Assembly: GCA_047495785.1 (NCBI GenBank) | Contig: JBLDXI010000007.1 | Coordinates: forward strand, 4,402,001 to 4,466,000 | DNA: 64,000 bases | Origin: Lepidodermella squamata | Lineage: Eukaryota; Animalia; Gastrotricha | Reading direction: 5' to 3' | In this document: one piece after another, positions 10,901 through 22,500 of the stretch | Layout of the letters: every line of letters begins with the position of its first letter | Position numbering within the stretch: the first letter of the stretch is position 1 | Program-made: the position numbers and the translations under genes | Notes under the pieces: generated by a model | The model's input: only the letters and a program-made list of their open reading frames with translations | Told to the model about the DNA's origin: nothing | Databases searched by the model: none

Positions 10901-13021
10901 GCGTCCCATGGTGTCCTATGGGCCTCAAATGGACAAAATGACAAAAATAGATCCACACTAAGAAACAAGGCATTTTTTGAACATTTCCAGACCCCAAATA
11001 AAAACTGCCAGCTAACGCTCGCGAGTTTCGAGTTTCCTTAATTTCAGTCATTTTACGAAGGTGTCCTAAGGTGAGCCATTCTCATAGGACTCTGCTGTGT
11101 CATGCGAGACAAAAATTATCGCTGGTATAGCGAATAGTTGATGATGAAAAATTTATTTCCTTGACTTTCCCAGCCTTTCAACACGCCTAGTTTTCAAATG
11201 GAACTAACGGTTCGCATAACAGATTCAGACAACGCCTCGTCGCCAGGATTTGCGCTTATAATAGCTAAAAACGCATCGATCGGTCGACCATCAACTTCTC
11301 GTATGTTGAGCGCGACATCCATCTGAATAAGACATTGGCTTCCTCTTTCAAAAAAAAATAAAATGCTATAATAGCCCATATTTTCCACTTGCAGAAAATG
11401 GGTTCAGTTTAGATTCCAGCAAGTTCATCGGCTTCGCTGTAGCAGCGAATAGTTTCGCAGGAACTCTGACTGCAACAGTCACCGCATCTCCACCTGGTGG
11501 CGGCACGCTGTTCAACCAAATTTGCAATACGCCAGGCTTGGCAATCTGCACATCGCTCAGCTTAATAGCAGCTCGAAATAACCTGGTCAAATACCAAATA
11601 CGGGTTGAGAATGGCACTTTTCTCTCGGTTAGGTTAATTCATCTGTTCGATTCCTTCCTCAATGTTCCTTTCAGGTTTCAACGTGTTTCGTTGATGGCAC
11701 GTGCTTTGGACCTTCCACGGCCACTCTCCCTGTCAATCTAGCGAGTCTGATGGCAACAGAAACTATGATGCTAGGAATAGGTGCTCGGAACGGTCCGACA
11801 TCGGACACAATAGATGTGATCAGCCTGGCGGTTTATGACCTCTCAGCATCAACAACAACTACGCCATCTGCAATAAATACAAAGCAGCTGCTGGTAACGA
11901 CGGCATCGACCACCACTTCGAATAGCGAATTTCCGATTCCGCAGCTTAACGAAGGCAACTTCGTACCTGCAGTTGAAATTGGCGATCTGCTACCCTGCAA
12001 AGCTATCGGCATAGCCTATCGCTCGCCCAGTACGAATACGCAAATTTACGCAACTCTCACTTTTGACCGGCTAACTGCTGTTCATCAGGCTGAGCGGGAA
12101 GTCTCGCTTTGGGGCTCTCTCCTACTGCAGTGGGTGGTCTCTGCATGCGAAGCTACGTACACAGCTCCCGGGGTAGACGAGAAAGAACGCCTGGTCTCAA
12201 CTCGTCGAACGGATATCTGGCGCCCGTCACTGATTTTCGCCAACAAAACCCCCGACTTCGACTCGAGCAACCCGGCTGGCGGCTCGACGATGGACATCGC
12301 CTACTACCCAACTGTCCCGAACCGTACGCTGTACTTCCACTGGAACCGGGTCGGAACCTACACAACCAGCTGCAATCTCGATCTGACAAACTTCCCGTTC
12401 GACAAGCAAACCTGCGATGTGACGATGCTCATGTCCGAATCGGCCTACTTTCTCTCCTTCGGTGGGGTACATGTTGTGGCTGTTGATCTATCGTACGGAA
12501 CCTGGGCGTTCGACTCGCTGTCAGTGACGCATGGTAACGTAACCAGTGTCGCCAGGTTATCAGTCCCAGTCTCCTATGCGAAGGTGAAATTATTCTTCAA
12601 GCGCTCGCCAGGCTTCTACATCGTCAACATGGTTGTACCTTGCTACATTCTGATCAGCCTCGCCTTCGCAACTTTCTTCATGGACCCGGGTCTGCCTGAT
12701 CGTCCGAGCATTTGCTGCACAATCATGCTGTCGCTGGTTGTTGCCCAGTCGGATGTACTCTCGAGCGTTCCCGCGACGGGTCAATCAATTCTGTACGCGA
12801 ATTACATTCTCACCCTTACTGGTATAATAGCCTGCATCGCCTTCTACGAGATCGTTACGTCTTGCCTGGTATCGAAAGACGAAGCCAAGTACGCGAGGCG
12901 CTTTCCTGTTGTCGGCGAATTGTCGGCGCCGCTTATCAATCTGCTCGACAGCCTCGCCTTCTTGGTAGCTTTCGAGTGCGTTCTCGTCGTCAATCTCTAC
13001 TTCGCATACGAAATCGACTGA
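7919..13021 (+). CDS. Gene B: two L-type lectin-like domains + Thr stalk + Cys-loop pLGIC subunit (class I), about 888 aa, 7 exons
   Basis: Exons 7919-8143, 8198-8318, 8369-8801, 8854-9034, 11174-11300, 11395-11627, 11675-13021; in-frame GT-AG joins. Signal peptide MKLLIVLSYLGSAIG; Cys-loop CNLDLTNFPFDKQTC; M2 PDRPSICCTIMLSLVV. Confidence 0.85.
9145..10595. mobile_element. Non-autonomous Tc1/mariner(pogo)-type DNA transposon in gene B intron 4
   Basis: Perfect 25-bp TIRs CCGTAATCCGGTACAACTTTGAACA; TA TSD on both sides; internal subterminal repeats of the TIR; a nested inverted repeat at about 9798-10300 (GGTTTTTTTTATTCGCAACA). Confidence 0.85.
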
Positions 13022-13602
13022 GTGCAAGATTTCGTCCAACACTCTGACTCTTTTGCTGTCTCTCTCAACTGGAAATTTAATTACTGGTGTAATTGTTATG
13101 TGACCAGTAAATCACTGCTATTTGTTGTCAGTTTTTCTATAGTTGTTCGCCTGCAATTTTCACTTGGCGGGAGGGGTGAGACGGCAGCAACATTTCCTCT
13201 CCTTGATCTTTCGGGCGGAGTCAGTTGCAGCCGTGCACGATGACTTCACTCGCCGAGTTCGGGCTTTATACCGACTCCGCAGGCTACTCGCTTCTCGATT
13301 TTGTTTTGACTTTCTATGTTATGCTATAATCCTTTCATACGCCCCTAGTATCCAGTATATGCCCACGTTCTGGCGAAACACAATCCGGTCTGTGTGAAAG
13401 ATATTTTCAAAACGTCTAGCTAACTTTGTCCGCCCATCTCCCTGTTGTCAATGAGAAAATAAATAATTTAGGGTGTTGTGACTCCTAGACACTAATGGAT
13501 AGATTCTACGTTGCAAAAAGCCAAAAGTCTGAGTTGTGCTGAATAGCTTAAAAGCTTTGCTTCGATGTAGTTTTTCTGTAGGATATTTTACTCGCCATCA
13601 TA

Positions 13603-16600
13603 ATGCTGACGTGTGCAGCACTGAGTTTGCTGCTGCTAAGCCTGCGTGGCGTTGAAGCGCTAGCAATAGCCCGATGCGGTACTCTGTTGCCACAGTACTC
13701 GCTTTTCGATCACGTGACCGACCGTGCCGCAAACTGGGACTTCTACCAACAACCGGGCCTGAATGCGTCCAACTCGCCGGTCAATGCGAGCCGCCTGACC
13801 ATCAGCAGCCAATTTTCGCAGAGTTCAGCTTTGTGGGCGAAAATTGTAAGTTTCGATTTGCATTTGACCTTCTCGGCCGCAGTTTAATACAGTTTTTTTT
13901 ATAATTTAGCCGTTTACACTAAGCAATTTCTACATCGAAATATCAGCCTACATCGCCACTGGTGGGTATGCGTATGGCGCCGATGGATTAGCTATTATCG
14001 TTGCCAACAATGCTTCTTTGACGCGACTCAATTCAGGTAAATGTTTTGAATATGGGTAACGGGAATCTCTGGTTTATGATAAGCATGGCAGATTCACTGG
14101 TAACGAATTAATATTGGGTCTGATGGAACAGAGAGGGAAGTACCGCCAGTGATGATGAGGATTATCCCTACCAGTTCAATACGGTCAACTGAATCAATAG
14201 CCTAAGAAAGGGCTCTTATGTGGATTTTCCTTATCCCTACCAGTTCTACTGTCCTACTGTCCTACTGTCCTACTTAATTCAAATTTAATTTATTTTAGGT
14301 GCATCGTACGCCGTTGACTTTTCGTCACTGATAGGCCTGTTCGTGCGCCTTTATCCATACAGAGGCTACTTCGCCTCATGGCTGAACACGCGACCTTATG
14401 GTAACGATTTGCTCAGTTGCTCCAGCCGAGATATCGTATCTTGTGGAAGTCTTCTGAGCACCACGGACTGGGTTCTGAATCGAGTCATCACCCTCCAGGT
14501 TCGCGTCGAAGGCGGCAATCAAGTCTCCATCGCGCTGTGTCGTGCTGACGGCAAGTGCATAGGTCCTTACACGGGATCTTCAGACCAAAACAGTCTGCTA
14601 AGCAAAATCTTCGCCAATCAGACGATGATGCTGGGCATTGCTGGGCAGGCGGGAGGAGTGTCAGACACTCAGGATATATTGAGCGTGGCGGTTTATGACT
14701 GCTCTAGTTCACCACCTTCGACCAAGTGAGTAAAATTATTTTCTATATTTCGCCAACTACATTGTATTCAGTAAAAGCAGGGCTGCAAAATATGCAGAAA
14801 TGGCGCATGGGATGCGCAGGAAATTATCGAAATTTTGCCGAAATTAGGAAATTTTTGCTAGGAAACTCATTTTAAAACGCTTGGAAAACGCTTGGAAAAT
14901 GGCTGGAAAAACTAGGAAGCTGCCAGGAAAACACTATGAAAGCAAGGCGAAAACTAGTTTAGAACTTTAATTAATCGATACAAATAATCGATATTCGAAG
15001 ACCAAAACTCGATAATTCCTATTTTCAGAGGACCGATGCATGAAAACCGAGGCCACCAATGAATTCCTCGTGAAAAATTAGTACCCTAGAACATGTCTCG
15101 CACTACTAGAAAATTTGCCATTTTGAACTAGGTAATTAAAATGCGATAATTGCTTTATGGCACCTAATTATCTCCGCAACCGCGATAGATAAAAAAATTC
15201 TGCAAAAGCCATTCGATCTCGCTTATCTGATGGTGAAATTTGAATTTTCCGGTTTGATGGCGAAAGTCCCAAAATTGATGGCAGAAAGCATTTTCCCCTT
15301 CTCAAAGGGCGTTAAAAGTGGGTGGACGGCTTCACAAGAATCTCAAACTAGGGGGTATTTTCGGGCCTTAATTTAACGCTTTTTTCATGGCTAAAGGGTC
15401 TCTTTAGGTTTTTTGGGAATTTTTTAATTTGACCTGCCGAGCTGGGGGTGCGGGTACGATTCCCCCTTACTTCGATCATAAACAGCCCTGCATATAAGAA
15501 CGTGCCTCTAAAAAGGGGGCTTTTATGGAGGGCGTACTGTACTTCCTAACAATGAATCTATGCTTTTTATTTCACCCTGGCGTTTAGCACGGAGGCTATA
15601 CCACAATGTGGAACGCTCGACCCTCAGCATTCGCTTTTCGATCACGCGGCGGAACGATCAGCGAAATGGGATTTCTACCAGTTCCCCGGCTTGAACGCCT
15701 CGAATTCGCCGACTAATGCCAGCCGTTTGACAATCGAAGGTTTCTACCTGCAGAGCTCTGCTTTATGGGCGAAAACGGTGGGCTTCTTTTTTATTGTTAA
15801 ACTGGGAATTTGCGTTAAGAAGCAAGATCGCATTTCGTTAGATTGTTACGGGCGATGTTTCGGGGTATCTCTGTCTCTGTTGCCGGGTAAAAAAGAAAGC
15901 GATATAGCACTGAGGCTATTTTGCAGCTCATTTTGTTTCTATGTCATCGTTATTGTTTCATTGTTATTTCGAGAAGATATGCATTATCATATTTTGTGAA
16001 TCAAGCCGTTCAAACTAACGAATTTCTACATCGAAATATTGGTCCGCACCGTCCCCGGTCCAACGTCGCCAGGTGCCGATGGATTAGCGATTGTCGTCGC
16101 GAACAATGCTTCACTGACTCGACTCAATGCAGGTTAGTGAATAATGAATAACAAAATGTTCACATGCTTGCACACGCCCCGTAATTCGGGCCTAGTCGAC
16201 CGAATCAAGATCGCTAGCTACATTCTTTCGCCCTGGTGAGGACGAAACATATTAAATTTAAGACTTCCCTACTGGACATCCAATTTCCAATTTAATAAAT
16301 TTGATAAAAAATGAACGCATTATCTGGGGCTTTTCGGAAATTGTTGGGAACTTGACTTGCTCGGTGCACAGTGTAGATGATGGACATTTTGCGAAAGGGG
16401 GATATAAGTAAGGGTCCCCCCTTATATTGCTCAAGTTTCCACAGGGGCCAGGGAAAAAACATAAAAGGGTCCCCCCTTCCCCCCCGCCATCTTCGACCGA
16501 CGGTGCAACAGTAATTCACAGGATGATTTGTCTTTGATTCGATCTTCATTCCTTTTTCATCCACCTTTCCCATTTTCCTCGGAGCAACAAATAAATTCGC

Positions 16601-18463
16601 AATAATGAAGATGTTTTCTATGAAATATTTCAGATGCGAAGTACGCTGTTGATTGGTCGTCGCTTGTTGGCCTCGGTGTTATGATGTATCCATGGAGTGG
16701 CAACTATTTCGCTTGGCTGAACGCCGCACCCTACGGTGCACAGCCGACTTGCAGCAGCCGTGACATCCTAGCATGCGGAAGTCTCTTGAATAATGCCGAT
16801 TGGATTCTTAATCGGACTGTTACGCTGAAGGTTCGCGTCGAAAGCGGAAATAAAGTGTCGATGGCGCTGTGTCGGGCAGACGGCAAATGCATCGGCCCCT
16901 ACGCAGGATCTTCGGACCTCTACAATCTGTCGGACCCCACGTTTGCGGGCCAGGCCATGATGTTCGGCATTGGCGGCCAGGCCGGTGGGAGGAATGGCGA
17001 TGTGTCAGACACTGAAGATATCCTGAGTGTGGCAGTTTACGATTGCTCAAGGCCACCAACAACCACCAGCAGGTACGTGTTTACCCCTCTTCAGCATGTG
17101 TCAGTTTTAAACAACCACATCACACCATGCGTGAGTCATGGGAGAAGTAGGATCCCCGAACTAGTGGGTATTTCGAGCCCAAATTTTACGACCCACTGTG
17201 GTTTTTTTCTGGGGTTTTCTACTTTGACTGGACGAACTGGTGGTACTTTTGCTAAGTTATTTTAACATGGACTTTCTGCATTTCTGTAGCTCAACAACCG
17301 CGGCAAAAAAAACAGCGAAGCCTCGTGAATATACGACGACGCAGAGCCCCACGAACAGCGAATTTCCTATTCCAGACCTCGAACAAGGCAGCTTTGTGCC
17401 AACAGTTGACGTTGATGATCTGATATCGTGCAAGACCATCAGCGGGGAATACCGGTCGCCGAGCCCGAATACCAAAATTTACGCAACTCTCACTTTCGAC
17501 CGACTGGCATCTGTTCATCAGGAACAGCAGGAAGTCTCGCTGTGGGGCGGCCTGCTCTTGCAGTGGATGGTCACTTCGTGTGAAGCTTGGTACACAGCTC
17601 CCAGCGCGTTCGAAAAAGAACGCCTCGTCACAACTCACAGGACCGACATATGGCGGCCGTCATTAGTATTCGTCAACAAAACTCCCGATTTCGATACGAG
17701 CAACCCAGCTGGCGCACAGGCGCTGGACATCGCCTACTACCCAACTGTCCCAAACCGCACGTTGTACTTCCACTGGAACCGGGTTGGCATTTTCACGACC
17801 AGTTGCGAGCTTGACCTGTCCAGCTTCCCATTCGATAAGCAAGCCTGTGATCTGACAATGGTCATTTCCGAGTCAGCTCGTTTCGTGGCTTTCGACGGAG
17901 TCCACGTGAATCTGAGGGATTTTTCCTTCGGTGTCTGGTCCTTCGAATCGATGACGGTTGCTCGAGGGAACGTGACAAGTATTGCCAAACTGACGGCGCC
18001 AGTCTCCTACGTCAAAGTGACACTCATTTTCAAACGTAGTTCTGAATTCTACGTCGTCAATATGGCTGTGCCGTGCTATGTGCTGATCAGCCTCGCCTTC
18101 GCATCTTTCTTCATGGACCCTGCCCTTCCGGATCGTCCGACCATTTGCGGCACCATCCTGCTATCGCTCGTTGTCGCCCAGTCCGACGTGCTGTCTGGTG
18201 TTCCGGCGACGGGTCAAGGCATTCTGTACGCGAATTACATCCTCAGCCTGACTGGGCTGATAGCCGGCATCGCCTTCTACCAGGTCGTCATGTCTCGCCT
18301 CGTGTCTAAAGACGAGGAGAAATACGCCCACCGCTTCAGCGTCATCGGCAAATTTACGCTCAGTCTCATCAATCTCCTCGATTTGCTCGCTTTCCTGGTC
18401 GCCTTCGAAGGGTTATGTATCATCCATCTTTACTTTGCTAATTCGATTGAATTGCAGGCATGA
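13603..18463 (+). CDS. Gene C: two L-type lectin-like domains + Thr stalk + Cys-loop pLGIC subunit (class I), about 908 aa, 7 exons
   Basis: Exons 13603-13845, 13910-14036, 14299-14725, 15588-15777, 16006-16132, 16634-17072, 17290-18463; in frame. GADGLAII/VVANN in both lectin domains; Cys-loop CELDLSSFPFDKQAC. Confidence 0.85.
14778..15490. mobile_element. Probable hAT-type non-autonomous element in gene C intron 3
   Basis: CAGGGCTG..CAGCCCTG termini; flanking 8-mers only partly similar. Followed by a TIR fragment (TTTATGGAGGGCGTACTGTA, about 15522-15541) matching the 32925-36258 element. Confidence 0.4.
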
Positions 18464-19500
18464 AAAGCACACCCGACCTTTAATATGGCTCTATCAATTT
18501 GTAGTAAATGCTAAATTTGCCGTCATTGACCCTTATTTCGACTGGACTCTCAGCAGCTTAAAAACTGTATACATACAGTGATACCTTAGTCGGCCCATGG
18601 ATGCAATCAATCTTTTTTCACCTCCTACGTTTCTTAATTTAGTATAACAGTGTCACTAATATCAAATAAATACACGTTTTCGAATTATATTATGTTGACT
18701 AGAGCTCTATGAGTTTTGGCTGGAATGGCAGACATTACCTCCTGCCGATGATTGAAAAATTCAACAAGAATCTCTGTTGAAATATTAAAATGTCTCTTTT
18801 TGTGGCTTGTTAAATAACATTCAATCTGCGAAGGTAATGCGGGAGAGCCTCGCCGTAAACATGTTTTTTTCTCCTTCGAATAGCCCCCACAGAATTGTTT
18901 TTTAATAGTGGTATAATAATAATCAATAAATCCAGCCAAGTATTCCAAGCAAAAGTTGTGTGGTAAAAGAAAACCAAAGCAAGAGTTTTTATTTGTTAAA
19001 CCGCTAAATGCTAAAGAGACATGCTTATTTGTGAAATGTGAAATTTATTAAGGTGAAATAGATGGAATCTAAGAAGCAGGATAATAAAGAGAATTATCGT
19101 GCATTAGCGATTATCAGATGGACAAATTTATGTTCACCAGAAGAAAAATCACCTTATTTTGTGGGATAACGAATCGGACTTTTAACTTGTGAAATCCCTT
19201 CAATCCTGATTAACGGATTTTCAACATTTATCTGAATTCATGCCCAAAATCACTCTAATTCATTTAAAAAAGGCAGTTATTTATCTACTGAAAGCATTAA
19301 TTCAGATACCGATACTAAATTCATGCTTTCGGTATATAAATTTTCTGGTGTTGGTAAAGAAGAATCGAAAGATTTAACTTCGCAACTCAGTGCAATGATT
19401 CACGCAATCATGTAAATGAGAAACAGATCAAGCTGCGCTTGCATTACCGAAATTTTCCCGTTACTGAAAATCTGCTTATCTAGCGCAAGTGAAAAATCAG

Positions 19501-22500
19501 TCAAAACACCGTGATTCGCGATATTTGAATAGTTGCAGTGCCTTCTTTTTCGATGCTGACGTAGCGGCCGCTCAACGAAGGGGTGCAATGGAAAGTCAGC
19601 GCTTGTCCCGGGACCAAAGCTGCGCGGTTTCCATCGATCCAATAGTCACAAACAGGATTAGACCTAAGATTGTCACCCGTTGACATTCCGACTCGAATTG
19701 TCAGCTGGCAGCTGCCAGGATTGGAATCTGTAACCCAAGAGCCGCTTTGTTGCGTGACCGCAATTATCTTGGCAACTGGATACGAATCACCGAGATCGAC
19801 CTGAAGCCAGCCAGAAGTCAAGGACGCCGCGGCGCTGTTGGGCCCAGGAGTGGTCAGAGCTGCGAGATTCGCTGCTGGTATTGATGAGATGTTAGTTGTC
19901 ACGAGCTTGAACTTGGCAAGGTCCGTCCCATTGTCATAGTTTGCTCCAAGCTGACAAATCTCAATCGTAGACCCAGCAGTAACTCCAGCAATCGTTAAAT
20001 ACCTGCCGGAGATAGGCCCATTCTCACATACTAGTTGAACCCGTCTTCCGTGTGGAATTTTGCCTATCTGAGAGCACTGTGGTTGAGAATCTGCATCAGC
20101 AGCTGAGGTGGGGTTTGTTGATCCCAAACGAACGTATACGTTACCAACAGGCTGCGAAATGACCTGGGCATATGTGCTCGGTGAGCGAAATGAGGTGGCT
20201 GGAGCCGAGCAACCTTTGAAGCCGAATCTGCCGTAGGGAGCAACGTTAAAGTCATCGACGACAAGGCGGACTGCCTTTGTTTGTAGGGGATACGGGCTCA
20301 GATAGGATATGAAGGGGTTAGGGTTGCTAGAGGCTGACGGGCCATCGAAGCTCCGAAGTCTCGACCCGTTGTGCGGCCAAACATAGCCAGTCCATGCATA
20401 ACCGTCCAAACTAGCCATAAGATGGTATTTAGTGATCCAGGAGGTCGAGTCAACACTGCACTGCACGACGACGGCCGTTAAGACTTTCATCACTGAAAAC
20501 GTGACTTGATAAAACGGCGTAGCATCGGTGAGTAGAGGTCGGAAATCGGCTGTGCTCCCGATAACAAACGTCTGAGGTTCGATAGCTGGAGTTTGGGTGC
20601 TGGAAACAGCGATGCTGCTGTTGTTTCCATCATTCAGCTCCGCCTCGCAGAAGAAATCTGATATTTTGTATGACCTTCCTGAGAGTTGGGCAGATGAGAG
20701 TTGAAATTACTTACCGGGACAGCCACGAAGCAGAACACGCAATCCAATGCCGCCAGACCAAGACACTGGATGAATGCGGACATATCTCGCCAAAATGTAC
20801 GGCCGGATGGCATTCCAAATCAAACCGTCGTTGTTTTCGTTGCCAGCAAATATCTTTGTGATAGATTTGATTAAGATGCAACAGTTTTATTTCATCACTG
20901 ACTAACCTTGACGACAGTTGCCCTCGGTAATTCGTAGACCCAAACGAAGTAGTTGAAAGGTGTCCCGTAGGACATTTTGAAACTCGTGACGTAGTAGCCA
21001 GTTGAGTAGTCGCCCTGGGTCGCAATCGACGCGACTGTGCTTTCCTCGCCCAGATCAAGCATCAAAAATTGGTTTGTATTAGAAGTTACAGGCTGCCAGC
21101 AGCACGCATTTGAACCAGCTGTGTTTGCATTGCCAACCCACCGGTTGTGAAGTCGGAACTGATCGAATTTAACCCCAGCTGCTGACGTGAATACAGAACT
21201 CGGCGAGGCTGTAGCTCGACCACTTAGATCGCTCTCGCAAACGTGACCTTGAACTATATAAACCGAGACAAATTACGCAAAGTTGTAGCGCGTAGATTGC
21301 TTACGAGATACAGGCCCAGGGCACTGAGTAGCGACCTCCATAGCCATGTACTGGTTCAAGTAGCCCTGGAATACGATCAGGCACGCAAAGTCGCCCCTCG
21401 CCCAATAGCCCGAGGAACTTTGACGCGCAATGCCAATGCGCTGTGACTGCATCGGCCTCACGTCGGGCAAATTGTAGCTAGCAACTTTACTGCCGTCGTA
21501 GAAACCTTCGAAACGCATGGCACCAGGCGTCATGTCAAACGACATCATGAAGTGCCGCCAAGTGTTGTAATGCGTGTCCACCGTTACCGTTCTGATGTAT
21601 GCCGCATTCGAACTGCCTGTTGGGGTTTCCAATATCGCTTGGTACAAGATGGAGTTCGGTGTAATCGGCGTAATGAAAACTTTTTCAGCGTCGGATGACA
21701 CCTGGTTCATGCTGATAACAGGCATGTTCACGCCGTTGCCTGACTCTTTGCTGTAGAAAAATAAGCCGAACGTGTAAGGCGTCGCAGTGTTCGCGCCCTT
21801 GCCGAACAACATGTCCGTTCGACCTGCAACCGAATAATAGTAGTTGGACGAGGATGCGCTTTGCTGGCCCCAGACGTCATTCGTGTTGCCCCGCCACGGG
21901 AAACCAGAGCCTACACGTTACACATATAGGAATTTTGGCATAATATTAACGAAATGCACCTTGCAGCCAACTTGATGAAGCGGTGACGTTCCCAGCCGTT
22001 GGATCTGTGATGGACGAGCTGCCGTAGGATCCATCAAATGGCGTGCTCGTAACCGCGGTCATGTCCACCGTCGAAGTCAGTGGGCACCGCTTCAAAGACG
22101 CGACCTGCCTTCGATTCAGTGCGGCCTTGTAGACTTGAAGGCACGCCACATTGATCGGCATGGCACTTCCGACGCGGAACGTACTCGTATTTGTTTCAAG
22201 CCCGTTAGAACACGTAACTGTGAGTGAATTTCCGGAGCCATCTAGCAATGCCGACACTAAACCAGTTGCGTGGTCATAGATCAGTGCGATGTAGGCCCAG
22301 TGGTTAGCTAATAGTTGCTTCGTAGTGGTCAAGCCGACCCGAGACCCGGGGCTACCACGGCAATTAATCATGACGCCCAGTTTCCCGCTGTCAATCGACA
22401 GGTAAACAACAGGTGCTGCAGGCGGGCTGTACCAACCTAGAATCGTGCCATCAGTGGCGTTGAGTTGCATTACGTGCATCAATATGGTGAAAGAGAACTG

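Noticed and set aside
13603-14729. Stand-alone secreted lectin gene
   Set aside because: A strong donor (AA/GTGAGT at 14725) joins in frame to 15588, and the downstream unit has no signal peptide; read as the first half of gene C, although a secreted isoform cannot be excluded.
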